This document shows positions 49,210-62,373 of a DNA stretch of 64,000 bases, one piece after another (the stretch's first letter is position 1; each line of letters starts with the position of its first letter). The position numbers and the translations under genes are program-made. The stretch comes from Octopus bimaculoides (taxonomy: Eukaryota), in contig NC_068981.1 of assembly GCF_001194135.2 (NCBI RefSeq), forward strand, positions 190,849,555 to 190,913,554, read 5' to 3'. Under the pieces are notes generated by a model, which saw nothing but the letters and a program-made list of their open reading frames with translations, made no database searches and had not been told where the DNA came from.

Positions 49210-49790
49210 CTCTTATCTCCAGACAGTAATATAGTCCTTTCCCTTCTACTAGCATTCTCATCATTTCTAAACAGTTTGTTGCATTTTAATTTTCTTCTCT
49301 TAAATAACATCTGTATTAATAATTTCGCCTAATTATATACATGTATATCCTATTCCTTCTCCTTCACTTGCTTCTTCTTTAATAATTTTGGCTTTCTGGA
49401 ATATTAGTTGCTATTTTGATTAAGATTTAAATAAATCACAAAATTAAATGTACAGTTGGACTACTTGCCAGATAATTATTTATTATATCTCACCATAACA
49501 ATATCATTCAGTCTTCTACTTCACTACACCGTTTTAGTGCCGCTAATTTCAATTATTTAATATGCTCTCTGAAAATTTTAATGATGGATAATTCTTGTAT
49601 TGTTTATAACTACTACTACTGCTACTACTACAATTGATAATAATAACAATAACAACAACAACAATAATAATAATGAATGATGAAGGCAACCAAGATATTG
49701 CCATATTTGGGGATGTACAAGTGGTTGTTAAGGTCTGGGGAAAACTGAGAACTACAAGCCACTAAAAGATGACATTGCATGAATGCAGGC

Positions 49791-50236
49791 CAGTGGTTCC
49801 CAACTTTTTTACTACCAAGGACCCCCTTTATTTGAATGAGTTTTCCCACGGACCCCTTTTAAATTTTATCCTTATGTATCATTATCATTACCATCATCAT
49901 CGTTTAACGTCCGTTTTCCATGCTGTCATGGGTTGGACGGTTTCACTGAGATCTGCAAAGCCAGAAGGCTGCACCAGGCTCCAATCTGATCTGGCAAGGT
50001 CTCTACAGCTGGATGCCCTTCCTAACGCCAACCACTCTGAGAATGTAGTGGGTGCTTTTTACATGCCACTGGCACTGGAGCCAGTCAAGCGGGCCTGGCA
50101 TCAATCACATTTGGATAGTGCTTTTTACATATGTGTGTGTGTGTGTGTGTGTGAAATTTTTAATTTAGTTCACAGACCCACAGTACTACTTTTGCAGACC
50201 ACCAGGGGTCTGCAAACCCAAAGTTGGAAACCACTG
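49791..50236. mobile_element. hAT-type MITE with a nested RTE-tail fragment
   Basis: ATGCAGGC-CAGTGGTTCCCAAC ... GTTGGAAACCACTG-ATGTAGAC (TSD 6/8); RTE tail on the minus strand at about 49880-50130. Confidence 0.85.
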
Positions 50237-50309
50237 ATGTAGACAATTAAGAGTGACTGCCATAGCAGTAGTTGTAGGAGCAATGGGAGCACTAACAACA
50301 ATAATAATT

Positions 50310-51362
50310 TCAAAATGTGTTACAAGGCCAGCAATTTTAGAGAGAGGAGTTTAGTTGATTACCATAAAAACCCATGTAATTTGTGCACCTGTGTAATTTA
50401 TACAGATAATTTTCAGGATAAAATTTGTTAAGAAAAAAGCTTCTGCTCATGTAAAATTCGCACCCAAAAGTTTTCAGAATTACCAATATGGCCAGGGGGG
50501 GAAATGTTTTCAATTTAGCTGTATTTAGCATAATTTCACTTACTTATGATTAGATTTTATCAAATTTTCATTAAATAAAAATAATTTCTGTTTAACAGGT
50601 ATCACATTAAAAGCTATTAAATTACAAAGTGTTTGTGTTGTTTATAATAATATGTCCCAGCCCATGATTACCAGCATGAACATCAGACTTCAAAAAGTAG
50701 TTAACTATTCAATGGTTTTAGCAAATTTATACAGAGAAAGTAAGCATTAAACTATCCAGCATAAATAAAAGTCAACTTCATTATATTTAAGCCCTTGTTT
50801 TTTCTGAAAAAAACCTTTTCTGACACTAAATGAGTCAACTTCTGGTACAAATGTTTACATTTTGTATGTCTTTTTCCAACAAAAAGAATTTCTTAAAAAA
50901 TTCTGCAAATTATCGACTCATTTAATTTATGCACCCTTAAAGTTTATTTGTACTTTTGCAAAAAAAAAAAAAACAAGCATAAATTGCATGGGTTTTTATG
51001 GTACATCAGCCTCCATTACTTGACTGGTACTTTATTTCATCAACCTCAAAAGGATCAAAGGCAAAGTTGACCTTGACCGTATTTGAACTCAGAAAGTAAA
51101 GTGCTGAAAAAAATGCCACTAAACATTTTCTCCAATGCTCTTATGATTCTACCACCCTACTACCTTAATAATAATGGTTTCAAATTTTGCCACAAGGGCA
51201 GCCATTTTGGTGAGGGGATGAGTCAGTCCCGTCGACCCAAGTCTTCAACTGGTACTTGTTTTATCAACCCGAAAGGATGAAAGGCAAAGTGGACCTTGGC
51301 GGAATTTGAACTCAGAAGGTAGCAACTGGTAAAATACTACCTTAATAATAATAATAATAATA

Positions 51363-51412
<50 letters not shown>

Positions 51413-51570
51413 AATAATAATGGTTTCAAATTTTGGCACAAGGCCAGCAAGTTCAACTCCAAAAAGATGAACGGCCAAGTCAACCTTGGCAGAATTTGAC
51501 CCAGAATGTAAACACAGTTAAAATGCTGCTAAGCATTTTGCCCAGCCTGCTAACAACTCTGCCAGCTTGC
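50310..51570 (-). mobile_element. Train of three SINE C copies joined by (TAA)/(GAT)n; the first is split by a MITE
   Basis: Junction CTACCTTAATAATAAT..GGTTTCAAATTTTG occurs at about 51160 and 51340-51435. Confidence 0.75.
50362..51001. mobile_element. Tc2-like MITE, 640 bp, TA TSD
   Basis: TA-CCATAAAAACCCATGTAATTT ... AAATTGCATGGGTTTTTATGG-TA (20/21 match); removing it restores the SINE motif GATTACATC. Confidence 0.88.
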
Positions 51571-53236
51571 CACCATCATCATACATCTGCTTTCCATGTT
51601 GTCATGGGTTGGATGGGTCATCGTAGATCGAGTCAGTCCTCATTCTAAGTTATTCCCTTTCCAGGCCTTATCTGCTTGATTTTTTTTTTTATTTCCTCCA
51701 CGTGGATGCTCTTCCTGATACCAACCAGCTTCCAGAGTGAACTGGATGCGTTTTAATATGGCACCAACATTAGAGAGATTACAGTCTCTTCAACAAGACG
51801 GAATTAAGGGCCCTGTTAGGCCTATGATCCCTCCACTTGTCTGTCAACCACTCAAACAAGTTTAATGGAGACATTTTATCATAGAATTAGCATTTGAAAG
51901 GCTGGCTTCTTTCTTGATTTTCCCTGTTCTATGTTGTCTCTTGTTCAGGTCAGTGAGAGTAATAAAATGGCTAAAAGAGTGAGTGAAGAAGAACCAGAGT
52001 GAGAGGTGGGGATGGAAAAAAGAAAGTATGACCACTAAAACAGATATATTGTGGTGACTGTTTTGGAGAGGAAACAGATATGAAATGAGAGAAAGTGCAA
52101 ATGGAGAAATACGAAATAGTTAAGAGTACCTAAGAGACATAATAATGGTAGATGGCAACAAGTGCTGGATAATCATAGAACTGGTCAAATGCATTGATAA
52201 GATGATGTGATGGATGTCATTAATGGATGACTTAGGAGAGAGGAAGTGGTGTCCAGCAATCACAGAAGTGGCTGGTAATGTTAGCTGGTAAAGGAGAGGA
52301 TGGTTGTTGGATAGATAAGATGGTGATGGATCATCATCATCATCATTGTATAACATCCAATTTACATGCTGTCATGGGTTGGACAGTTTGATCAGGGCTA
52401 ACCAGATGGGGAGCTGTCTAGTTTCCAATTGTCTGTCGTGGCATGGTTTCTACAGCTGGATGCCACTTCCTAATGCCAACCACTTTACAGAATGTGCTGG
52501 ATGCTTTTTACATGCAACCGAAAAAATGTAGTAAAGTAATATTTAATGTCAATAAATATATTTTTATTACAAATATATTTTAAATGTCAATAATGTTGTA
52601 GTTTTATAACAGAATCTTTAGTTTATAACTAAGAAGTATTTTTAATGTCAATAGTACTGCATTTTTCAGGAAAGATTATTTTCCCCTTGAGCTGAACATT
52701 GTATTTTATGGGGAAATTATATTATCAAGAAAGCATTTTTGTCTAAATTTTAATATTTTTGTTAAATTTGTATAAATATTCACTCAGGACAGATTCATTG
52801 CAGCATATAATCTGTGCTAATTATTTTGATTTAATTGAATGTTCAAAAAAAATATTTATTGACAATAAGATTTGAATTGAAAATAAAAGTTTAATTATAA
52901 TTATAACTTTACAAGAACTAGATAGGTCAGTTGTGCAGATTGCACACATTTAATTACCAAATGATCTTTAGATAATAAAGCATGTTCTGGTTTGCACTTT
53001 TCATTAAAAGTAAAATCTGTGTATTTGCTCAGAACACAAGAAAATCTTTATTTTTATTTAAGCCATAAAAACAAGACACAAACCTCAAAGACAGATTTCA
53101 GTTAATCACATATTGTTTGGAATAACAAATTACAGAGTTGCCCCTTTTAAAAGAAATACACAACAACAACAACAATAAAAATAATAATAATAAAGGGAGA
53201 AAACAAAGTAAATGAATATTGTAAAATGTCTATAAG

Positions 53237-53582
53237 CACAGGTGTGATTGTGTGGTAAGATGCTTGTTTCCCAGCCACATGGTTCCAGGTTAAATCCCAC
53301 TGTGACATCTTGGGCAATAGTCTTCTATTATAGCCTCAAGGCAACAAAAGCTTTGGGAATAGATTTGGCTGATGGAAACTGAAAGAAGCCTGTGATTGTG
53401 TGTGTGTGTGTGTCAACTGGTGTTCACGTGTTTACATCCCAATAACTTACCAATTCAGCAAAAGAGACTGATAGAATAAGTACCAGGCTGAAAAAGAAGT
53501 AAGAACCGGGGTTAGTTTGTTGGACTAAACCCTTCAAGGCAATGCCCCAGCATAGCTGCAGTCTAATAATTGAAATAAGTGA
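53237..53582 (+). mobile_element. SINE family A
   Basis: Head, core, (GT)n and tail CCCCAGCATAGCTGCAGTCTAATAATTGAAATAAG. Confidence 0.8.
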
Positions 53583-53585
53583 ATT

Positions 53586-54020
53586 AGAATAAGAATAGCC
53601 TGGGCAAAGTTCAGAAAGATCCTACTTCTGCTGGTAACAAAGGGCCTCTCACTCAGAGTGGAAGGTAGATTGTATGATGCATGTGTGCGAACTGCCATGC
53701 TTCACGGCAGTGAAACATGGGTTGTGACTGCTGATGACATGCGTAGGCTTGAAAGAAATGAGGCTAGTATGATCCGCTGGATGTGCAATGTCAGTGTGCA
53801 TGAGCAACAGAGTGTAAGCACCCTGAGAGAAATGTTGAACATAAGAAGCATCAGATGTGGTGTGCAAGAGAGGCAACTGTGCTGGTATGGTCATGTGCTG
53901 CGTATGGATGAGGAGAGCTGTGTGAAAAAGTGTCACTCTCTAACAGTGGAAGTGGGAGACCCAGGAAGACATGGGATGAGGTGGTGAAGTATGACCTTCA
54001 AACAGTGGGCCTCACAGAGA
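53586..54020 (+). mobile_element. Internal RT fragment of the same RTE family as 32381-33482
   Basis: RIRIAWAKFRKILLLL..LYDACVRTAMLHGSETW..ERNEASMIRWMC..WYGHVLRM..(frameshift)RPRKTWDEVV; no 3' UTR or tail. Confidence 0.92.
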
Positions 54021-54026
54021 ACAGAG

Positions 54027-54116
54027 CAACAGGTGAAATATCACAGCATTTTGTCCAGCATGCTAACGATTCTGCCAGCTCACCGCCTTAAGGTAAAAAT
54101 CATAGTAGTAGTAGTA

Positions 54117-54154
<38 letters not shown>

Positions 54155-54639
54155 CCTTTCTTCTAAAGGTACAAGGCCTCAAATTTGTGGGGAGGGTTAA
54201 GTCGATTACATTGACCCCAGTGTTTCACTGGTACTTAATTTATCAACCCCAAAAGAATGAAAGGAAAAGTCAACCATGGCAAAATTTGAACTCAGAACGT
54301 AGTGATGAGTGAAATAACACTAAGCATTTTGCCCAGCATGCTAACAGTTCTGCCAGCTCACCACCATAAAGTAAAAAGCATAGTAATAATAATAATAATC
54401 CTTTCTTCTAAAGGCACAAGGCCTGAAATTTTGTGGGAGGGGACTACTCGATTAAATCAACCCCAGTGTTTCACTGGTACTTAATTTATCGACCCTGAAA
54501 GAATGAAAGGCAAAGTTGACTACAACGGAATTTGAACTCGGAATGTAGCAACAGGCAAAATACCACTAAGCATTTTGCCTGGTGTGGTAACAATTCTACC
54601 AACTCACCACCTTAAGGTAAAAACATAGAAATAATAATG

Positions 54640-54689
<50 letters not shown>

Positions 54690-54690
54690 T
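54027..54690 (-). mobile_element. Three tandem SINE C units with a shared flank, separated by (TAA)n
   Basis: Each unit is followed on the plus strand by TAA(A/G)GTAAAAA(T/G/-)CATAG and then TAA repeats (about 54091, 54368, 54614). Confidence 0.85.
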
Positions 54691-55127
54691 ACTACTGTTA
54701 TAGAAATGTTTTGATGTTAAGGTTGAAAAAAATTGACCTTGTTTGTAAAAAAAATTTGGTTCTGGGTTTGTACCCCCTAAACAAGTTTGATTTCTGCCCT
54801 CATGAATTCCTTATAAATGCAAATGAAATTACAGAAAATTCACTCTTGAAGCATTTGTACCTTGATATAGTGTCAGTTAAGTTTCCATTATCTATCAAAC
54901 AAGCCTAGCATTGTACAAAGATGTCAACTTCATACTGTTAACTGTCAAGGTAGTTCAATTAATGTTATTCTGACATTTTTCTCTGTATTTTACTCATGGA
55001 GATGGCATTTGCACTGGGAGAACTCCAAATTCAGAATGATATCATTATTGTAAGAAAATCCTATATCAAGTATCCAAAATTGTTTCCTTTGGCAACTTGC
55101 TTGTGATAAATCCTTAAATGGTTATAA

Positions 55128-55163
<36 letters not shown>

Positions 55164-55634
55164 TTGTATAACTTGAGGCGAATTATATGCATGGTTTAAC
55201 TTAGTTTATCGTTTACAGTAAACTCCTTGATATATTAAGTTTGTATCTCAGATGGAAAAGTTAAAATACATATCAAATATGTAATGGATAAATGTTGAAG
55301 TTTTGCACAATTTGAAAGATTTAAGGGAATATATGTTCATAGAGATATTTATGGAACTAATTTAGTTTGCTTTTTTTTTTATATTATGTGTTCTATACAT
55401 GAAAAAAAAATTATATATTTTTTTTTATTCTGAGAAAACTTATGAAAATATGGAAAACGTGTCCTCATCCATAACACCATTAGTGATGAGTGTGTGTGTG
55501 TGTGTGTGTGTGAAAAGCATATCACACAGGGATATCAAAGGAATTTATGAAGGGCTGGGGGACATAAATGAATGCAAACAAACCCAGCTTGTCATTGATT
55601 GGTGACTAACACATACAGGCACATACACACACAA

Positions 55635-56150
55635 GTATGGCTGCCCGGTTATGAAGCTTGCCTTTCAACTACATCGGTTTGAGTTCAGTCCCACTGCATA
55701 GCACCTTACATAAGTGTCTTCTACTAAAGCTCCAGGCTGACCAATGCCTTGTGAGAAGACTTGAGAGATGGAAACTGCATGGAAGACAGTTGTATATATG
55801 TGTGTGTGTGGCTTTGCTGCCTCCACCCCCAATCCTTCACAACCAGTATTGGTTTGTTTACATCCCCATAATTAGTAGTCCAGTTAAAGAGACCAATAGA
55901 ATAAGTGCTATCATCATCATCATCATTGTTTAATGTCTGCTTTCCATGCTGGCATGGGTTGTATGGTTTGACTGAGAACTGGCAAGCCAGAAGGCTATAC
56001 CAAGCTCCAATCTGATCTGGCAAGGTTTCTACAGCTGGATTTCCTAAAAAATAAGGACTGGGGTTGATTTGTTCAACTAAATCCTTCAAGGTGGTGCCCC
56101 AGCATGGCCACAGTCCAATGACTAAGATACATGAAAGATAGAAGACAGGT
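55635..56150 (+). mobile_element. SINE A with an inverted RTE-tail fragment inserted at about 55908-56040
   Basis: Head at 55635-55790; tail resumes AAAATAAGGACTGGGGTTGATTTG...GGTGCCCCAGCATGGCCACAG. Confidence 0.75.
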
Positions 56151-56317
56151 AATAATTACACAGAATCATTAGAGCATTTAGATATTTAGATAAAAGCACA
56201 AAAAAGCAAGCCCTCAGCTATTTGTTGCAGCTCTTTATAGCCTGAGTTCAAATCCTACCCAAAACAACCTTGCATTTCATCCTGCCATAGTTTATAAAAA
56301 AACAAGGGATGTATCAT

Positions 56318-56760
56318 GCAGTGGGACTGAACCTGGAACCTGTGGGTAAGAAGCTTGCTTCCCAACCATATGGTTCCAGGTTCAGTCCCACTGCGTGACA
56401 CCTTGGGAAAGTGTCTTCTACTATAGCCTCAGGCCGACCAAAGCCCTGTGAGTGGATTTGGTAGACAGAAACTGAAAGAAGCCTGTCGTATATATGACAG
56501 TGTTTATGTCTCCTTGTCTTGACATCACATAATCATAGTGAATGAACATGAGTTTTACACAGCAGTGCCATTTTCAATATTCTGCTCTAAATTATATCTG
56601 CCATAGGACAAAATATTATCTTGGCTAGAAAGTGGCGAGAGTTGGTGACAGGAGGGGCATCCAGACACAGAATATCTACCTCAGTAAACTCTGTCTGACT
56701 CATACAAAGCTTGGCAAAGTGGACATTGAAAAGATTATACATACATGCTTGCTTAGGATG
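56318..56760 (+). mobile_element. SINE A head with RTE-type tail and a 5' inverted duplication
   Basis: 56318-56340 is the exact reverse complement of 56372-56394. Confidence 0.75.
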
Positions 56761-57534
56761 GCCCATCAATAGTGATGGCTGTGTCAATCCAGGACATTAA
56801 TTCTCCTTTGCCTGCAGCACATTGTTTCTCATGTGAGCAGATGTAGCTGACAAGACTGATATAAGATAGGCAGACCCTGTGACTCCCAAACAACAGCCAC
56901 AGAGGCTTGATGACAATGTCTCCTCCCCTCTCCTGCATTATGGTTTCAAAGTGCTTTATTCCAGCATCACACACACCTTCCAGATACTCCATGCATGCGT
57001 GCATGTGTGTGTGTGTCTGTGTGTTATCATTTTAATGTCTACTTTTCCATGGTTGCATGAGTCAGACAAGACTTTGTCAAGGCAGAGTTTTGTACAGCTT
57101 GATGCCTTTCCTGACACCAACCCTCACCTATTTCTCCATCATAGTAAATAATCACCCAGTCTATCAAATAACAAACAACCTGGACATGCTTTTGCAGAGG
57201 ACAGCAAAGAAATGATACTTTGAATGAACAGTGAGGCTTTTGTTTACAATTAGTACACAAATATCAAGAGAAAAGGAAAATGGAATCGGTCACCCAAATA
57301 TGCATGCATACACATATACACACATGACTGAGTGCTGTCTTTTTCTTATATATTTTGTATTTACATCTTATACTCACTTTGTATCTTGACAGTATGTTCT
57401 CACCATCTCTCTCTTTTTCCATGTATCTCTTCTTCAATAAGACAGTTGTTCATGTCACTCGATCGCACATCCCCTTCAATACTGACTCCCCAATCCCCAC
57501 CCCCACCCACATGCACACTGAGGTGAGCTGTCTT

Positions 57535-57745
57535 GTCTTATGAATTAGTTGGTAACGTCACTAGTGCTGATGTCACAAGAGCAGCACTCGATACACTTTG
57601 TAAAGAGGTTGGTGTTGTGAAGGGCATCCAGCCATAGAACCCATGCCAAAGTAGTCCTGGCTCGTCAGTTCCTGTTAATCTGTCCACTCCATGCCACCAT
57701 GGATAATGGATGTTAAACAATGATGATGATGATGATGATGATGAA
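57535..57745 (+). mobile_element. RTE-tail SINE fragment
   Basis: GAAGGGCATCCAGCCATAG...CCATGCCACCATGGATAATGGATGTTAAACAATGATGATG. Confidence 0.7.
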
Positions 57746-59274
57746 TGTTCTGTTGTGTGTGTCTGTCTGTGTGTATGTGCAACATAAATACAAAAATAAA
57801 TAGGAAATAAGTTGAGTACATTGACCAAAAGAATGGTTTTCGACCATCAATTAATTTTTCCATTGATAACATTCTTAACTAAATTTAAAATGTTATGGAT
57901 AGCAATACATTGTAAGTCAATAACTTAGAAATATATACAAGTCATGATACTCAATATGAAACTCCGAAGCTTTCAAAAAAAAAAAAACCAAAAAAGAAAA
58001 CAAAATAGGAAAAAAATATTCCTCCAAAATTGATTTAATATTTCTTAAAAACACAAAGTGTAACATTGTTGTTAATGTACACTAGACATGGCGTTTCATT
58101 TCATTTCTATTCAAGCAAAAGCACATACCACCATCGCCGCCACCACTGCCTTCACCAACATCACATCTAACATGTATCTTTTGTTTTCTCTCTCATCTAA
58201 ATTTCAGCATCTATCTTTTTGGTCTTTTTCTTTCTTTTAATAAAATAGCTAACAAGCAAAATCAAATCAATAATTTCTAATTTTGTACAAATGAATAGAT
58301 GTCAATAACTTTTGGCAGTCGGCCATTGGAAGAGAAAGAAAGCGAAAAATAAAATTTAAAACACATTTATAGTGGTATGTAAACCATAAATATTGATACT
58401 ATTTCAACCACATTTTTCTTTTTTATATTGTTCTACACATATTTCGAACCTGTGTTTTTCATTTTTTTTTTTTTTGTTAGAATACCAGAACTAAAGACAA
58501 AAAAAAACAAAAATTGAATAAAATAACATTGACCTTGAGGTATAAAGTGTGAAGAGAGAAAAAGAAAAGTAAAAATATTCATTCTGTAAAACACGGATAT
58601 AATGAATTAAGCTTGCAATATTTTGAATACATACCCTTTAAATGCTTTATTTATTTATTTATCTATTTATTTATTTATTTATTTATTTATTTATTTTGGA
58701 AGGATCAATATTGCCATGTCAAAACACTTGCTGCTAAATGCTCATTTCATATAACAAAAACAAAAAGAAAAAGACATGTTGCTCTTAGGTTGGAGAAGAG
58801 AACAATAAGAACAAGAATATATAAATGAAAAGAGAGAAAGGGTTTCCCCACATCTTTATCACTTTCAAGGTTGCTGCCACCACCACCACCACCACCACTA
58901 CTACTACTCCTGAGAACACAATATCATTCTCCTAAATTATAATGGAAACTTACTTTCTCACTCACTATTTCTACATCGATCTTAGTCTATCTCTTGATAT
59001 ATATATATATATATAATTAATTTTTACAAAGTGAAGGGAAAGGAAAAGATAGAGATTGTCAGAATGAGAGAGGGCATAGCAGGGAACCATGGGGGTATCT
59101 ACTTATATCCCCCCCACCAGTGTTCCCTGTGGGTAGGCCTTGTCTCTCTCTCTCTCTCCTCTTCCTTGTCATAAGCATGTTTGTAGTAAGACAGATATTC
59201 TCGTCCCCCTATCATACTCCAACCTCTTGACTAGCACACAGCCACTTCTTTTGATTCGTTTCCCTTTCTCATTT

Positions 59275-59525
59275 AGGACGTTCTTGTCTTGCAAGCTCCT
59301 TGGTGACACAACAGGTGCCGGTGCCACTTAAAACGCACCCATACTGGCACTATATAAAAAGCACCCAGTGAACTCAGCAAAGTGGTTGCCTTAGGAAGGG
59401 CATCCAACCATAAAAACCATGTCAAAACAGATGACTGGAGCCTAGTGCAGCCCTCTAGCCTTCCAACTCCAGTCAAACCGTCCAACCCATATCTGCATGG
59501 AAAATAGATTTCCAATGATGATAAT
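59275..59525 (+). mobile_element. RTE-tail SINE fragment
   Basis: TCTTGTCTTGCAAGCTCCTTGG...TTAGGAAGGGCATCCAACC...CCAACCCATATCTGCATGGAAAA. Confidence 0.7.
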
Positions 59526-59689
59526 GTTGTAGGTGGAGGTGAACTTTGACAACAAAGTTTCTCTTTACCAATCATCATCATACAATCTGATGATGATGAC
59601 TGGTGAGCCAAAACTTCAGTCACTGTTAATCTTTTCTTTGTAAAACTTATTCTGCACAGTATTGAGTAATTCTTCTGTATGATGTTGAG

Positions 59690-60126
59690 TTGATGTCTTA
59701 CAAACAACTCGCACACACAAGTGCTACCAGTCGAGAACTCCGCATACTGGAAGCCAGCAAGTATATGGGGTCATCAGGAGAGAATGCGCGCCATTTCAGG
59801 CCCTTTCTCTTGATGGTATCAATGTGCACCAGCCCCACCTCCTCACTGATATGAGGCCCTGCTTGCTAGATCAACTGGCTATTAAATATAGCTCAATATT
59901 TCTCTAGCCATCACTCATTGTCTCTTTTTAACCAAATCCAGTGGTTAGGTTTTTCCAATGTAGTTTGGATATCAGTCATGGTGGTATTTACTTTACGATG
60001 AGTTAGGCCTAATGATAACAATAGTCATCTCACACTGTATCCAACAGACCCTCTACATCCGACTTCGATTGGAAAATGTTCCGCTTTCCAGCTTGCGCCT
60101 TCACATTCCTCGAGGAGATTTACGTA
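59690..60126 (-). mobile_element. HERO-like (REL-endonuclease) LINE 3' fragment
   Basis: Minus translation of 60126-59893: YVNLLEECEGASWKAEHFPIEVGCRGSVGYSVR*LLLSLGL..TTLEKPNHWIWLKRDNE*WLEKY*; the 3' UTR end is approximate. Confidence 0.82.
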
Positions 60127-60571
60127 AATATACAATAATGTTGAGTTGTTTTTATACTAGCTGTTGTGTTTGTATTACATACTGGCAGCATGTTAAGGAG
60201 AGCAAAAATCTCTTAAACAGAATGATGGTACATGATTGTGAGGGTTTTTTTAGTTCTGCTGCAGACATCTTTTCTTATACTGGCAGTATTGTAAAAAATA
60301 CACCCAGTCCTCATTGTAAGGTGATCGGATGGTAAGAAGGATATCCAGTTGTTAACTGGCCCTCTTCAAAAGATCTTCATGCACAACAGCACAGATTGAC
60401 AAATTTTGCCTGTTATGCGTGAGGTGACTAAGGACTATAACATGTGATGCTGAGAAGCTGTGAGAAGCTGATGCAATTCATGTGTACTTGATAAAACAAG
60501 TATGATGATTGCAAAGTGTGTGTGTGTGATTCACTTTTACACCTGTTTTTCCATTTTAGTATGGATTAGAT

Positions 60572-60831
60572 CAGTGGTTCTCAAGCAGGTCCATATGATC
60601 CTTGGTGCTCCATATAAAATTTTGTTAAAATTAAGTGCCATTATTTGTTTACATTCTACAATACACAAACTGTTTTACCAATTTTTTATGCAGTTCCTAA
60701 TAGCATTTTATCATAAATATATAATAAGCTTTTTTTTTTTTGAAATAACAGTTGGCTATATGGGTCCACCTGAATACAATAGGGATCAAAAGGGTTCATA
60801 AGGAAAAAAAAAAAATGGTTGAGTATCACTG
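60572..60831. mobile_element. hAT-type MITE with a perfect 8 bp TSD
   Basis: GATTAGAT-CAGTGGTTCTCAAGC ... GGTTGAGTATCACTG-GATTAGAT. Confidence 0.93.
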
Positions 60832-61039
60832 GATTAGATAAATATATCATTGAGACAGGGTTTGGCAACAAGATGCTCTTCCTCTCCCTGATCCCTAGCC
60901 TGTTTTTTAAGTACAGAATCTCTTATTTCATGATCATCAAAGGTACAAATTGAGCAGATGACTTGTCGAAAGGAGAAGGAGAAGTAGCAACAACACTGCT
61001 CTTAGCTTGCAGTTTACATTGACATTGTAGAATGTCAAC

Positions 61040-61270
61040 AAGGTGGGGAGCTGGCAGAAACGTTAGCATGCTGAGTGAAATGCTTAGAGGTATTTCGTCT
61101 GCCGTTACGTTCTGAGTTCCAATTCCGCCGAGGTCGACTTTGCCTTTCATTCTTTTGGGGTCGACAAATTAAGTACCTTCGAATCACTCGGGTCGATGTA
61201 ATCGACTTGTCCCCTCCCCCAAAATTTCTGGCCTTCCTTGTGCCTATAGTAGAAAGGATTATTATTATTA

Positions 61271-61350
<80 letters not shown>

Positions 61351-61770
61351 NNNNNNNNNNNNNNNNNNNNNNNNNNNNNNNNNNNNNNNNNNNNNNNNNN
61401 NNNNNNNNTGAAATGCTTAGAGGTATTTCGTCTGCCGTTACGTTCTGAGTTCCAATTCCGCCGAGGTCGACTTTGCCTTTCATCCTTTCGGGGTCAATAA
61501 ATAAAGCACCAGTTACGCAGTGGGGTCGATGTAATCGACTTAATCCCTTTGTCTGTCCTTCTTTGTCCCCTCTATGTTTAGCCCTTTGTGGGCAATAAAG
61601 AAATAAGTATTTCATTTGTCTTTACGTTCTGAGTTCAAATTCCACCGAGGTCGGCTTTGCTTTTATCCCTTCGGGGTCGATAAATTAAGTACCAGTTGCG
61701 TACTGGAGTCGATCTAATTGACTGGCCCCCTCCCCCAAAATTTCAGGACTTGTGCCTAGAGGAGAGAAGA
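61040..61770 (+). mobile_element. SINE C monomer, (ATT)n, gap, then SINE C dimer
   Basis: GAGCTGGCAGAAACGTTAGC...GAAAGGATTATT(n) at 61258-61350; second set at 61409-61770. Confidence 0.85.
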
Positions 61771-62342
61771 CTATACTTGGTAGTATATTATGGTTGCTAT
61801 GTGGAATACAGTGTGCCTACCAGCAACTAATCTTAAATGATGACGATGGGGAGTGTGCGTGTGTGTGTATGTGTGTGTACAGGTTTCTTTCAATTCCTAT
61901 TGACTAGATTCATTAACAAGTATAAATGTGTTACAAAATCTTTCAGACCAGTATCATATGTATAACTTCAAAATGTGAGCTAAGGGAAATAGCTGTAGTG
62001 GACCAGTGACATGAATTTAGATAAGTCAAGTAGGAATTGATGCACTGATTGACATTGGAGAAAAAAATTCTATATGAACTGGAATTTGCCTCTAAGGGGG
62101 ACGAAAAACAGAAAGCAAAGAAACTGGTTGGAATTGTTTGCAATTAACAAAGAAAAAGGAGATAATTTGAAGAAATTATCAAAAATTTATTTCTTTGAAA
62201 ATGGAATTTTCTGCTTAAGGGAAAAATCTGATTTTAGTTAGGAAGCAAAATGGAAGCTGTTAATAGCGTCCAGATTAGAATGGCTTAAAAATTATATATA
62301 AAAAAAAGTACTGAAGAATCCAAAAGTTTGTGTGGACAAATC

Positions 62343-62373
<31 letters not shown>

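Noticed and set aside
61078-61482. About 74 bp identical stretch (61078-61151 and 61409-61482) with shared variants on both sides of a gap
   Set aside because: Most likely a contig-end overlap or repeat misjoin; cannot be separated from a real duplication without reads.
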